Notes: generated by a model from the sequence alone, not told the origin. A stretch of DNA of 64,000 nucleotides from Eledone cirrhosa (GCA_964016885.1 OZ024743.1:191642001-191706000), one strand, 5' to 3'. Positions 42,918-58,589 are shown, counted from the stretch's first letter. Made by a program: numbers and translations.

Positions 42918-44385
42918 ACACCACCCTCCCCTCCCACATCTCCGACACCAACCACGCCCTGCGCCTTTTCGACTCCTTCACCTACTTACCCGGCCCTCAG
43001 GCATTCCTCTTCACCCTAGACATCAAGTCCCTCTATACCGTCATCCCCCACGCCGACGGCCTTCGCGCCTCAAACACTACCTTGACCTTCGCCCCTCCCC
43101 CATTCCCTCCACCCCCACCCTCCTTCACCTCGCCGAGCTGGTCCTCACCCTAAATTGTTTCTCCTTCTCGGGTGAGTTTTACCAACAGGTCACGGGGGTA
43201 GCCATGGGCACAAGAATGGGCCCGAACTATGCCAACCTTTTTGTTGGCCATGTTGAGGCCCAAATCTTTGCCCAGTACACCGGCCCCACGCCCGAACTGT
43301 ATGGTCGTTACATTGACGACTGTATCGGAGCCACGACCCTCACCCGAGTACTGATCGATTCCTTTCTCTCCTTCTTCTGCTCCTTCCACCCCTCCCTCCA
43401 CTTCACCACCTCTATCTCCACCACCCACGTCCACTTCTTAGACATCTCCGTCGCCTTCGACCCCTCCCACCACTCCCTCGTCACCTCCGCCTTCTTCAAA
43501 CCCAACGACTCCCACTCTTACCTCGACTTCTCCTCTTCCCACCCCACCCACACTAAACTCTCCATTCCCTACTCCCAACTTCTCAGGATCCGCCGCCTCT
43601 GTAGCCGTGATGCTGACTTCGAGTCCCAGGCCCTTTCCCTAGTCAGCCATTTCATACGCAGAGGTTGCCCCCCCCCCCCTCTCTCGTCTACACCGCTCTC
43701 ACCCGCGCCCGTGCTATCCCCCGCTCCACCACCCTCACCCCACGCCACCGCACACCCACCCACCGTCTCCCCTTCCCCATCACCTACCACCCCTCCACCT
43801 TACCCCTCCACCGCACCATCCGCCGCCTCTTCCGACGCCTCCAGTCCGACCCCTCCACCTCCCACATCTTCCCAACCCCACCACTCCCCTCCTTCAAACG
43901 CGCACGCAATCTCCGCACCCTCCTCGTCCACAGCTCCCTACCCCCCAACCCACGCTCCGGTCCCCCCCCCGGTTCCTTCCCCTGTTCTAGGCCCCGCTGC
44001 AACACCTGTCCCCACATCACCCACACCACCACCTTCCAGGGTCCCAACGGCCACTCTCTCTCGGTCCAGCATGCCTTCCGCTGCACCTCCTCCAACCTAG
44101 TCTACGGACTTCGTTGCACGGAGTGCAGCGCGACTTATGTCGGACAGACGGGACGTCGCCTGGCGGACCGAGTCACGGAGCACCTCCGGGATATTCGTCT
44201 CGGGGGCAGTTCCTCCATCGCCCGCCACTTTGGTGGCCCTGGACACTCCGCACGCCATCTCACAGTCTGTGGCCTACTCCAGTGCCACGGAACACCCGCC
44301 ATCGCCTTACGGTCGAACAACGCACTATCTTCATCTTACAGACCCACACTCCCCTCGGCCTCAACTCCCCACCCTTATTCCTTTA
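42918..44385 (+). pseudogene. Frameshifted PLE RT + GIY-YIG
   Basis: MGTRMGPNYANLFV, RYIDD, SIPYSQLLRIRRLCS, CSRPRCNTC, YVGQTGRRLADRVTEH. Confidence 0.9.
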
Positions 44386-45190
44386 GCGTTCGACCGACCC
44401 CCGACCCCCATACTTATCCCACACTAACACCACTAACATACCCCTCCTTTTCACCGCCCACCCCACACTAACAATACTAACACCTCCACTCCACCCCTCA
44501 TCTGACCACCCTTCCCCAACTAACATACTAACATCCCTTCCCTCCCCTCTTCTCCTCCTCCCCCCTCCTTATCACACGCACACACGCACCCACTTACACC
44601 ACCCACCCCACACGCAACTAACATCACTAACACCCCCCAACCCCACGCACACGTACCCACACACGCTCGTACACCACCAACTCTACACACCCTACCACCA
44701 CTAACCCCCACTCACACCTGCATTCCACCCCTCCCCAGCTCCCGTATACTAACACCCACTAACACCTCTTCACCAAACTACACACACACCAGTACACCAC
44801 ACTCCCTCCATAGAACCACACACACCCTTCTCTCCCCGCTCCACACTCACTCATCCCACTAACACCCCTACTAATTCATATACACACACACACACACACC
44901 CTCCTCACTCCAACTCTCACACCTACCCATCCTCGGCTCCCTACCATTCCGCCGACTGCTGCTATTCCCTTCCGACCACCTCTCAGCACCAACTGACCAC
45001 AGCACTCCCACTGCTGACCACTTCCTGTTGCGCGCGCACCCCACATCTCTCCTCTTCCGACCACCGCTTCTTGGATTACCCACACACGAAATTGACTTCT
45101 AACCAAATCTCCAAACATCCGTGGAACTTACCAACTTTTCAACCATCCTCTTACACCATCACCTATATAACTCACCCACACACACACCCA
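42918..45190 (+). mobile_element. GC-rich 5'-truncated PLE (Neptune-like)
   Basis: RT and GIY-YIG remnants followed by a C/A-rich UTR. Confidence 0.88.
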
Positions 45191-45196
45191 CAGTCT

Positions 45197-45832
45197 CAAT
45201 AGAAAATCTGAACTCTGACACCTGAACTCTGACAGCTGGCCATATTCACTGAACCAGAACATTTCTCCCAATCCCTTTTCCCTTGACCACTATCTCTCCA
45301 TTGTCATAACATTCACTATAAAGACTACAGAATAGTTTTCCAAATAAGGGCGCAAAAATGTAACGAAAACTTGTTCACGTGACAGCCAAATTTCATTTAT
45401 AACCAACCAAAAAAAAGCCTTCGCGAGCCTCCTTTTTTCAAGTAAAAAGAAATTCAAACACTCATATATGAAAAAACAACCTGTGACAACCCCCCCCCCC
45501 CCCCCCCCCCTCTCTTATTTGAAGAACTATTGTAACGCGAACTGGCGCGAAATTTATTATAATTATTGACAAACCAATCAAATTACTTCTCGAAAAACCT
45601 GGCTTTTGAGCCACTTTTTCCATATAAAACAAGTAACATTCAGAGACCAACCAGATGTGAGAAAAACCACAGACCCTCCATCTCAACTCACCATTTGAAA
45701 ATAAATATATATATTTTTTTAAAAAATAAGACTTCAGTTGCATTTTCGATTTCATCTCTTTTTCTTTATACTTCCACTCGTGTAGGACACCTCGGTTATT
45801 TTTCATTTTGTAAAAAAAACCTCACTTTCTAA
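45197..45832 (+). repeat. Family G copy with the hammerhead segment deleted
   Basis: Colinear with 37963-38625 but reads ctcaccatttgaaa|ataaat at ~45700. Confidence 0.8.
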
Positions 45833-45925
45833 TATATATATATATATATAAATATATAATATATATATAAAATATATATATATATATATATAAATATATA
45901 ATATATATATATATATATATAATAT

Positions 45926-45991
<66 letters not shown>

Positions 45992-45996
45992 TATAA

Positions 45997-46066
<70 letters not shown>

Positions 46067-46139
46067 TATAATATATATATATATAATATATATATATATA
46101 TATAATATATATATATTTATATATAAATATATAATATAT

Positions 46140-46171
<32 letters not shown>

Positions 46172-46233
46172 ATATATATATATATATATACATATATATA
46201 TAATATATATATATATATATAAATATATAATAT

Positions 46234-46288
<55 letters not shown>

Positions 46289-46373
46289 TATGTATATATA
46301 ATATATATATATATATATATAAATATATAATATATATATATATATATAATATATATACATATATATATACATA

Positions 46374-46440
<67 letters not shown>

Positions 46441-46560
46441 TATATTAATATATATACATATATATATATAATATATATACATATATATATATAATATATA
46501 TATATATATATAATAGATATACATATATATATATATAATATATATATATATATAATATAT

Positions 46561-46615
<55 letters not shown>

Positions 46616-46752
46616 CATATATATATATATAATATATGTACTTATATATATATAATATATATACATATATATATAATATATATACATATATATATATATA
46701 ATATATATACATATATATATATATAATATATATACATAAATATATATATATG

Positions 46753-46794
<42 letters not shown>

Positions 46795-46860
46795 TATATA
46801 TATACATATATATATAAACATATATATATATATAATAATATATATATATATATATATAAA

Positions 46861-46900
<40 letters not shown>

Positions 46901-46975
46901 GTATATATATAATATATATATATATATAATTATATATATATATAATATATATATATATATATAATATAAATACAT

Positions 46976-47024
<49 letters not shown>

Positions 47025-47305
47025 TACATAATATATATATAATATATATATATATATAATATATACACATATATATATTATATATATATATATAAATATA
47101 TAATATATATATATATATATATAAATATATAATATATATATATAATGTATATATATATAATGTATATATAATGTATATATATCTATATATAAATATATAA
47201 TATATATATATAAAATATATGTATATATATATATATATAATTATATAAAATATATATATAAATAATATATATATATATGATAATATATATATATATATAA
47301 TATAT

Positions 47306-47339
<34 letters not shown>

Positions 47340-47772
47340 AATATATAATATATATATATATAAATATGTAATATATATATAATATATATATATATAATAT
47401 ATATATGTATATATAATATATATATATATATATAAATATATAATATATATATATATATATAATATATATATATAATATATTTATATATATAATATATATA
47501 TATATAAATATATAATGTATATATATATATATAATATATATATACAAATATATAACATATATATATATATGTAGATATATAATATATATATATATATATA
47601 ATATATATATATATTATATATATATAGAAATATATAATATATATATATAAATATATAATATATATATATATATATAAATATATTTATATATATATATATA
47701 ATATATATATATAAATATATATATATATAATATATATATATAATATATATATATATAATATATATATATAAT

Positions 47773-47812
<40 letters not shown>

Positions 47813-47815
47813 TAT
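45833..47815. repeat. ~2-kb degenerate (TA)nA / TACA tract (largest of many)
   Basis: Direct reading; similar tracts at 14657-15948, 20206-21241, 27462-28410, 34019-34478, 51503-52110, 61044-61535. Confidence 0.95.
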
Positions 47816-48520
47816 TATAGTAATAATAATAAAATTGAAGACTAAAATCAAAGAGGGCTCGATAAGGAAAATATATATCAAATATATAAGAACCGTAGAG
47901 CAAATATTTATTAAAATAACAGATTAACGTTTAAGCAAAGAATGGCTGCTTTCACCCTTAACGGATCTTCTGAAACTAACAAAGTCAATCTGTAAAACGC
48001 AGAACTGGATATTTCAAAAAACGTTGCAACCGGAGGAAGACAGGAAGACGATACTTTGGTTCGTGGTAACGTTCGCTGGCAAAGAACGGGAAAAAAACAA
48101 ATAATACGTCATTTATAGGAGCGGTGAAAAACAATTTCGCGCAAAGACAGAACCACGTTTATGGTATAAAAGAGGTCGTTAGACTAAGCTTCTCTTAGGT
48201 GGTGCATAGAGACGTTCTCTGGCAATGGACGAAAAAACGAATATAATAAGTCATATGTGGAGCGTGGAGAACAATAGCACGCAAAGACAAAACCACGTAA
48301 ATGGTATAGCAGAAGTTGTAGACTAAAATTCTAACTAGGAGACCAAATGAATCTCCGCTACAGCGTTGAGAACAAAGTAAATAAATGCAATACAGAAGTA
48401 ATAGAAATAAATAAATACATACACGCAAACAAATACGTACATACACAAGCATACGCAAAAACTTACCATAGGTAAACAAAACCACGCACATATAAACCAC
48501 GCACATATAAATATAAATAT
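47816..48520 (-). mobile_element. PLE family H 3' UTR/pLTR
   Basis: Homologous to 6770-7350, with a longer terminus. Confidence 0.85.
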
Positions 48521-49170
48521 CTTTGAGCACACTCCAGGTCAGGTCATAATCTATATTCCTCTTTCTATAATTATTAATTATTTCAGCTAAAGATGTTGTA
48601 TTAGCTAATGCGGCATTTTTAAAACTGTGTTTTTAGGCATATTTTCCTTAATTTGTAAATTAAATGGATCATTATACCATATAACTCGTCTATTACGGTT
48701 TCGATGTTGTTTATTATTTTTATAGGATGTATCCTGATGTTTATTAAGAGTATTATTGTTAATGACTTCACTGCACATATTTTTAGTTAGATTCATTGAT
48801 TTAGGTGTTTTAGCTTGTTTATTAGGAATTTTATTATTAACATATATTGGAGTAGTAGGATGAATAGTTTTTGAAAGTTACTATATTGTATATTAGAAGA
48901 GTTAGAGAAATTAAGTTTTATGTTGGTATTTTGGGGTATAGTGTGAGTGGCATTTAGGTGTGTATGCTTCATTTGGTGTTTGTTGGTAATATTAGGTTGT
49001 ATGTTTGTAGTGTTATTGGTGCAAGGTATATATACTAATTTATTTTTGTGGCCACTTCTAGCTAAAGCTTCGTTATAGAAGGTTGCATTTTTATCAAATA
49101 CATCCTGGTTAGACGAAAGGTTAGAAATTCTGAGTGAAATGCTAGGTTTTTAAGGATAGATTTAGGAATG

Positions 49171-49887
49171 CTAGGTTTTTAAGGATAGATTTAGGAATGC
49201 TAGGTTTTTAAGGATAGATTTAGGGTGATTAGATTGTGAGTGTATGTAATGTAAGTTTTGGTTAGGTTTATGGTAAGGTTGGTAGATACCCATAGATAAG
49301 TCTAATGTTATATCAAAGAAATTAACTACTTTACTTGTGTTTTCAAATGTAATATCTAGACTACAATAGTCTTTTAAGAAAGTTCTAATAAGTTTTTTAT
49401 TTTTTTCAATCCCTGATAGGCTAACATTATTGGAAAGAAGAAGACAGTCGTCACGATATAAACCACCTTTAAGGTGGGGAAAGGAAGCATTTATGTTAAA
49501 TAGAAGAAAGAGGCCCACAAGATCGGTAATTTGGGCAGAATCACTTGAGCCCATAGTAATGTCGAATAGATTACTATGTGTGTTTCTGGTCCAGTACTCA
49601 TTTTGAAATTCCAGTACTGTTTGTCTAGCATGTGTAATAATATTAATGTCATCCATAGTTAAGTTAGATCTATTTTTTGCAAATATCAAGGCTTTGTTCA
49701 GGAGTATAGGTGATATAGAGGAATAATAATTATCTATATCGAATTGTAGAAAAGAAGCAGGAGATTTATTTCTAATATTAGTAAACCAGTTAATTACCTG
49801 GGATGTGTTTTCCCAGAGTGGTAAATTAACATGTTTTCTTAATTGTGGGATGACTCTATCTAAAAAAATTTTTACTAATAATGCCAA
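49171..49887 (-). pseudogene. Naiad-like PLE reverse transcriptase core
   Basis: LQFDIDNYYSSI, FDITMGSSDSAQITDLVG, GLYRDD, YHKPN..SNHP; broken by a 30-bp tandem duplication at ~49141-49220. Confidence 0.9.
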
Positions 49888-51311
49888 TATTAGATTTGGA
49901 AGGGCATATAAGCCTTATAGAAGGATTAGAGTTAAAGTCAGATTTGAGATCTTTCAGGTTGAAGTGTGGTTTTTTCAGTGCTAAAGGATCAGTTCTATCT
50001 TCAATATTAAGTCTATTTACTATTTTATGTGTTTTGTTGTTGATGTTGGTAAGTGCCGCATTGTTTGTTTTTTTATAATTTTTCCTGAGCTAATACAACA
50101 TATTTAGCTGAAATAATTAATAATTATAGAAAGAGGAATATAGATTATGACCTGAGCTGGAGTGTGCTCAAAAGAGCCACCCCTTATCAAAATAATAGAT
50201 ATGAATGTAGATTATGTTCCCAGGAACTTTTTGAAATAATGAAATCTAAGGATATCCTATTAAATAAGCGACAGGAATTAATTATATCGTGTAATCATAA
50301 ACTGAGAAAAACATTTAAATTTTATAAACCTAATTAATATACACTTTAGAAATTATTATAATAACACTTTTTTTAAATTAGTTAACCTATAAATAATAAT
50401 CTACTACTAATGAACTACATAATTTTATTTCCCTCTTACAACTATCTTTTCCTAAAATTTATACCATTAAGTATACATATAAACTATTTTAATTTCAGGT
50501 TATGATTCTATATTCCTTGTAATCTATATATATTGGTTATTTCTCACTAACAAATGTAACCCCCCCCCCCCTACCCAATAATTATTATTATTATTTTTTT
50601 TTTATTTTCCCTTCGTTTTTCACAGCACTCTTCAATTACATATAACTTTTATTTATCATATCTATATGCATTACAATTTTATCAATATAAATATACGTAT
50701 CAATTTAATTAATTTATTTTCTTTTTATAGATGTAAATTCCCTATATTTTAAATAAGTTTGATATTTTTCACTAACACCTTTATCGTAAAATTTTAGTCT
50801 CCTTAGATATTTACATTTGCATTATTCTTTTATAACAGCAATTTTCGTATATCTTTTACCGACCTGACCTATTTTCATCCCTGAAATAATCTTTTCATTC
50901 ATCATACTCTCTCCATTCAAAGTGAAATCTGCCTTCTTCTACCCCTAAATTAAAGTTCTATTACTACTACTTTACCATTTTAACCAGTTACTACCTTTCT
51001 ATTGGTCAATTCAAAACCTGTTCCCAAACAGACCTATTATATTTAATCTTTGTTGGTTCTTTTCAATAAACAAATATAATTATTTCTGAAAACAGCATAT
51101 GACGTATTTTCATCCCTAAAATAATCTTTCATTCATCATACTCTTTCCATCCAAAACTGAAATCTACCTTCCTCTACCCCTACATTAAAGTTCTATTACT
51201 ACTATTTTACCATCTTGACCTTTACTACATTTCTATTGGTCAATTCAAAACCTGTTCCCAAACAGGCCTATTATATTAAATCCTTGTTGGTTTTTTTCAA
51301 TAAACAAATAT

Positions 51312-51447
51312 CATTATTTCTGAAGACAGCATATATATGTGTAGGTATGTATATTCCCTCTGATAGTTTGTAAAAATTTTACATAGATCTATATGATATA
51401 CATACCAACACTAACATATATATCCTAGAAACGATTGTAAAATGATG
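51312..51447 (+). ncRNA. Long-stem-II hammerhead, family D
   Basis: CAUUAUUU CUGAAGA [~100-nt hairpin] GAAA CGAUUG UA AAAUGAUG. Confidence 0.78.
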
Positions 51448-51568
51448 AATTTTTTAATATAAGGAACTGTTTCTTTGTTTTTATTCATTATTTTTGTAAT
51501 TTATAATATATATATATATATATATATAATATATATATATATATAATATATATATATATATAATATAT

Positions 51569-51613
<45 letters not shown>

Positions 51614-51902
51614 TATATATATATAATATATATATATATAATATATATATATATATAATATATATATATATATAATATATATATATATAATATATATATA
51701 TATATAATATATATATATATATAATATATATATATATAATATATATATATGATATACATATATAATATATATATATATATATAATATATATATATAATAT
51801 ATATATATAATATTTATATATGTATATATAATATATATATATATATATAATATATATATATAATATATATATATATAATATATATATATATATATAATAT
51901 AT

Positions 51903-51934
<32 letters not shown>

Positions 51935-52015
51935 ATATATATATATATATTATATATATATATTATATATATATATATATAATATATATATATATATATA
52001 ATATATATATATATA

Positions 52016-52430
<415 letters not shown>

Positions 52431-52459
52431 GATATATATATTATATATATAAATATAAA

Positions 52460-52491
<32 letters not shown>

Positions 52492-52493
52492 TT

Positions 52494-52526
<33 letters not shown>

Positions 52527-52753
52527 TATAGAGATATATATAATATATTTCGTTTCTGAATTTGTTTAGCAAGATTCTTTATCTGAAAACGTGTGTTGAA
52601 ACCGATATTGTTATACTTTGGGAGGGTCATGTTGCCAATAAGAAACACACGTACCAGTTCCTTTCACTTCAATTTATTATAATAAATTTATAAATTTAGG
52701 AATTTATAAATTTCCGGTTGGTTGGTTCCACAACCAGATTGTTGTTTATATAT

Positions 52754-52798
52754 TGTCAAAGTTCTTTCGTCACACATTCTGTGACCTCTTCAGTGACT
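52754..52798 (-). ncRNA. Family B hammerhead
   Basis: GUCA CUGAAGA G GUCACA..UGUGAC GAAA GAAC UU UGAC. Confidence 0.85.
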
Positions 52799-53019
52799 GG
52801 GGATTCTTTTCTTTATTTTTGTGCCTCTTCTTTTTTCTGTCCTACGCCATCTTGTTTCTGTGTGTGTATTGTTTGCTCAGTCTGCGCATGCGCCACATCC
52901 GGGTGTCTGTGTGTGTTTATATTCGTTAATTTATTTGTTTATTTACATGTTACAGGTTGGTTGTTTGTTCTATGTGCGTGTGTGTTTTCATTTTGTCCTT
53001 AATTGTATGTTGTGATGTT

Positions 53020-54432
53020 GCTGTTCCACTCATGTTTTCTGTTTAATTTTGGTTGTAATTCTTTTATGTTTATTGCCTCTGCGATTTATCTAAACATTGC
53101 GTCTTTTCTGTGTGTAGATTCTATTTTTATTTCTATGTTCTCTAATTTACCCTTATGTTCTATTTTAGCATGTTGGTAGAGTACAGAGGATTCTTTACTA
53201 TCTTGAAGGTCTCGCCAGTGTTCATTTATCCGTTCCCCTACACTACGAGCTGTCTCACCTATGTACACTATATTTTTGTCTCTATATTGTCCTTCAGTAC
53301 ATCTTATGCTATATACTACATTTCTAGTTTTACAGTTAATATGGGGGCTTAATTTACAGGTTATACATTTTTTATCTATACAGGGGGGTCTTTGAAAAGG
53401 GTATGTCTTGCTAATAAGTGTTTTTACGGAGGTACCTGGTGTTTCTACTATCTTAATATTGAGTTTATATTTATCTAGGGCCCTTCTATATTTGTAAGCT
53501 AATTCACCTCTAGGGGTTGTATCGATGAACATTACACTCTGGTATTTATTGCTATCATACCATTAGTTTATTCTATTAGCCTTATTCCTATTTCTTTCTA
53601 TTCTATTCCAAAATTTGCTCCTATACAAGGGGCAGGTCTCATTTGTGTCATTATTTACCATTTTTTCCCATTTGGTTCTGGCACCTCTATACACTCTGAT
53701 TTTATCTCTCTGATTGTAACCAGAGAACTGCATACGGTGGATGAAGTGTTGTATGTGTTTCTCTAGTTCTTCGGGGTTGCACATGCGGAACACGTTTCTC
53801 ATCACCCGTACCAAATCCGCAATCAGTATGTTGATTTTGGTATGGTCCGAAACAACTGAGTTTCGGTGGATCAGATATTTGGAAGTCATGGGTTTGGCAT
53901 AATGGGAATGGAGGATTTGTTTTTTGTTATTAATGGTATCTAACCAGAGCTCTGTGTCTAGTACAGGTAATCGATGGTTGGGGTGTTTACTTGGGTAGTC
54001 TATAGTAACTCTAATACTCTGGTGGATGGAGTTAGCTATTTGCTGGATGCTTTCCATTGTGTTTTTCTCTAGTTCCTGACTGTTCTCTAGTGGGGGTGTT
54101 TTAACTACGATGTTTATATCATCAACGTAGCGAGAGTACATTATCAGGGTTAAGGGGTCTTCTAATTGTTCTTTAAGTTTAAGTTTAAGTCTACTGTCCC
54201 ACCATACCATGAATAAGGTAGCTATGTCGCCTGCAATGCTAACACCAATGGCTGCTCGTTCCTCTTGGGCATATGTTTTTCCATTAAATTTGAACATATG
54301 TTCCTTAAGGGTTAATTTTATGTTGGCCCCCACCGCATGGGCAATCATTTTCTTTAGTTCATCGAGATTTTCGGGTGTCCGTATAGCTCTTGTCCACCCG
54401 TTCCATCTATCTGTGTGGGTTTTCTTGGCCAT
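53020..54432 (-). pseudogene. Inverted-arm PLE RT + GIY-YIG with premature stops
   Basis: ORFs 53563-54432 and 53086-53532. Confidence 0.9.
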
Positions 54433-54532
54433 TGAGGTAATGGTAGGTGGTCTGCCTCTTGCTGGTCTTGTAGGGCACCGGTTGCTAAGGTCATATGTGT
54501 CTAGGTAATTATTACTATAGGTAAGAAACCCC

Positions 54533-54577
54533 AGTCACTGAAGAGGTCACAGAATATGTGACGAAAGCACTTTGACA
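54533..54577 (+). ncRNA. Family B hammerhead (5' pLTR)
   Basis: GUCA CUGAAGA G GUCACA..UGUGAC GAAA GCAC UU UGAC. Confidence 0.85.
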
Positions 54578-54703
54578 ATATATAAACAACCATCTGGTTG
54601 TGGAACCAACCAACCAACCGGGAATTTATAAATTCCTAAATTTATAAATTTATTATAATAAATTGAAGTGAAAGCAACTAGTGCGTGTGTTTCTTATTGG
54701 CAA

Positions 54704-57700
54704 CATGACACTCTCAAAGTATAACAATATCGGTTTCAACACACGTTTTCAGATAAAGAATCTTGCTAAACAAATTCAGAAAGGAAATAGCGTAAGCCTT
54801 AGCCAGGCTAACAAGATACTGAAAACCACCATGTTCTGTTGTCTACGAAAAACAATAACATCTCGACAACTACACTTCATAAAAGAATGTGCCTTGTCCC
54901 GAGTTTACACTAACACCATCAACACCGATGTAAGAAGATTACAACTCACCAAAAAGCAAGCAGATAGGCTAAAACGAACACTAATTCTAAACATAAAAAA
55001 GAAGATCTATAGAGAATTAAGTCATCAAGAAAAACATAAGCGTAACCTAATACAAGTAATAACTAAGATCACCACACCAAGAGAAAAACTAATATTTATA
55101 AGCCTTATACGTCCTGAAGAACAGTACATTGTTCAAGAATGTGATAAACACTTTAACAAGAAACTTAAGTGGCTTAAACAGATAAAACTAAATCAAGATA
55201 CTTTAGAGAATACCAATAGATATCCCGACAAAATTGACGGTATAAATATGGCCGACATCTCATTAACTGATGAGTTCAACAACAACAACACAAATATATT
55301 CGGCAACACTATGTTCGACTCTGATTAATTATCTGTATTACAACTGCCACCTAAGTATGCGACATTTAAGAAGGTAAATATGATTAGTTGTTTGTCAGAA
55401 ATAGAAAAATCAATTACAAAATTACGTTGGAGCCTCAAAAACAAAAACAAAAACAAAAGTAACAACATACACACACACATATACAACACACATCCCAACA
55501 ACAACAGACACACAGACACAAACAACAATAACAACAAACACATCAACAATAATAACATACTCAGAAACAACAACAACAGACACGCAGACACAAACAACAA
55601 TAACAACACACACAACAATAATAACACACACGGAGACAACAACAACAACACACATCAACAACAGCACACATCAACAACAACAACACCAACACACACACAT
55701 TCAATGCTTCTCACCACCACCACAATCTTAACAAACACACAGACACAGAAAACAGGTAATGGCAGTAGCACAGAAATAAGGGAGGTAATAGGATTGAAAG
55801 GAGAGGGGAGACTATGGACAGAGAAAATAACCAAGACGAATACACAGACACACAAAATAGAGTAGATAATAACAATGAACCAGAGGAAAGAGACAGGAGT
55901 AATAATGAGAGACATAGAAACAACCATGATGCTGTTGGTGGAAATAGAAATAGAAACAACACAACTAACTATAACAATAGCACTAGTACACATAAAGCAG
56001 CAGCCTGGAACTCTACTTTATATAATCCCTCCGATAATTCGTTCGACCTGTGACGAGTCCACGACAAGACTTTACCTTTTAACAAACGCACGCAATTGCC
56101 GTCGCAGGTCGATGGACAAACAGAAGCACAATTTAATATAGCTAGATCTAAACTTAGAAATATTATAGAACAGTATAGCAAGAAGCATAATAGAATGGAG
56201 GCCCAGCAACTGGGAGAAAAATCTGCAAATGGCTTGCGTAAGCTCATGCAGCGCTCGCGTAATGGAGAGATAGCATGCTTTCCAACAGACAAGTCTGGCA
56301 AAATGTCGGTTGACAGTCTGCCAAACTACATCCAGGAAATGAAACCCCACATCACTAACACAAGAGAAGTAACACCACAAGGGCATGAGGATAGAGAAAA
56401 AGCCCTCAATGCCCATATGGTGATATGGACAACTATAATGCAGCCCAATAAAAGGACTGCCAACAACTTCCAGGCCTGGAACAATGATGTGCCAGTGTTG
56501 TATGGGCTTCGAAAAGACCATAAAACGGGCAGTGACCCTGTCGCGGGACCACCAACACGGCCAGTCAGTGGAGCTAACATTTCTAGTAACTACAGACTGT
56601 CCTACTTCCTCTCCCTGATCATACGCCCCATAATTGAAATGTCCCCCAGATGTATGTGACAGCGCGGAGGATCTCCTCAGCAGAATCGGCGAGAGTAACC
56701 GATCTAGGGACCTAACAAACTGCATAATAGGTAGCATGGATGTTGTGTCCATGTATCCATCTATTGACGTGGATTTTGCTGTGGAGAAATGCGTAGAAAT
56801 AATCAGTGAGAGCAATGTTGAGTTCCGTGGGATTGATACCAGTGAGCTGGGACCCCTACTTAAACTTACCTATAGTAATACTTACCTAGACACATATGAC
56901 CTTAGCCACCTGTGCCCTACAAGACCAGCAAGAGGCAAACCACCTACCATTACCTCAATGGCCAGGAAAACCCACACAGATAGATGGAACGGGTGGACCA
57001 GAGCCATAAGGACACCCGAAAACCTCGATGAACTAAAGAAAATGATTGCACATGCGGTGGGGGCCAGCATAAAATTAACCCTTAAGGAACATATGTTCAA
57101 ATTTAATGGAAAAACATATGCCCAAGAGGAAGGAGCAACCATTGGTGTTAGCATTGCAGGCGACATAGCTACCTTATTCATGGTATGGTGGGACAGTAGA
57201 CTTAAACTTAAACTTAAAGAACAATTAGAAGACCCCTTAACCCTGATAATGTACTCCCGCTACGTTGATGATATAAACATCGTAGTTAAAACACCCCCAC
57301 TAGAGAACAGTCAGGAACTAGAGAAAAACACAATGGAAAGCATCCAGCAAATAGCTAACTCCATCCACCAGAGTATTAGAGTTACTATAGACTACCCAAG
57401 TAAACACCCCAACCATCGATTACCTGTACTAGACACAGAGCTCTGGTTAGATACCATTAATAACAAAAAACAAATCCTCCATTCCCATTATGCCAAACCC
57501 ATGACTTCCAAATATCTGATCCACCGAAACTCAGTTGTTTCGGACCATACCAAAATCAACATACTGATTGCGGATTTGGTACGGGTGATGAGAAACGTGT
57601 TCCGCATGTGCAACCCCGAAGAACTAGAGAGACACATACAACACTTCATCCACCGTATGCAGTTCTCTGGTTACAATCAGAGAGATAAAATCAGAGTGTA

Positions 57701-58390
57701 TAGAGGAGCCAGAACCAAATGGGAAAAAATGGTAAATAATGACACAAATGAGACCTGCCCCTTGTATAGAAGCAAATTTTGGAATAGAATAGAAAGAACT
57801 AGGAATATGGCTAATAGAATAAACTCATGGTATGATAGCAATAAATACCAGAGTGTAATGTTCATCGATACAACCCCTAGAGGTGAATTAGCTTACAAAT
57901 TTAGAAGGGCCCTAGATAAATATAAACTCAATATTAAGATAGTAGAAACACCAGGTACCTCCGTAAAAACACTTATTAGCAAGACATACCCTTTTCAAAG
58001 ACCCCCTGTATAGATAAGAAATGTATAACCTGTAAATTAAGCCCCCATATTAACTGTAAAACTAGAAATGTAGTATATAGCATAAGATGTACTGAAGGAC
58101 AATGTAGAGACAAAAATATAGTGTACATAGGTGAGACAGCTCGTAGTGTAGGGGAACGGATAAATGAACACTGGCGAGACCTTCAAGATAGTAAAGAATC
58201 CTCTGTACTCTACCAACATGCTAAAATAGAACATAAGGGTAAATTAGAGAACATAGAAATAAAAATAGAATCTACACACAGAAAAGACGCAATGTTTAGA
58301 TAAATCGCAGAGGCAATAAACATAAAAGAATTACAACCAAAATTAAATAGAAAACATGAGTGGAACAACAACATCACAACTTACAATTAA
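54704..58390 (+). pseudogene. Full-length family B ORF (N-term, Asn-rich linker, RT, GIY-YIG), several stops/frameshifts
   Basis: Starts MTLSKYNN in pLTR; PTDKSGK, LRKDHK..PTRPV, SMDVVSMYPSI, RYVDD, YIGETARS. Confidence 0.9.
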
Positions 58391-58589
58391 GGACAAAAAG
58401 AAAACACACATGCACATAGAACAAACAACCAACCTGTAACATGTAAATAAACAAATAAATTAACGAATATAAACACACACAGACACCCGGATGTGGCGCA
58501 TGCGCAGACTGAGCAAACAACACACACACAGAAACAAGATGGCGTAGGACAGAACAAAGGAGAGGCACAAAACAAAGAAAAGAATCCCC

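Larger units (their letters stand above)
48521..51502. mobile_element. PLE family D (Naiad-like), inverted (minus 48521-50087, plus 50088-51502)
   Basis: RT on minus; 50088-50172 inverts 48521-48607; plus arm homologous to reverse complement of 61675-62825. Confidence 0.88.
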
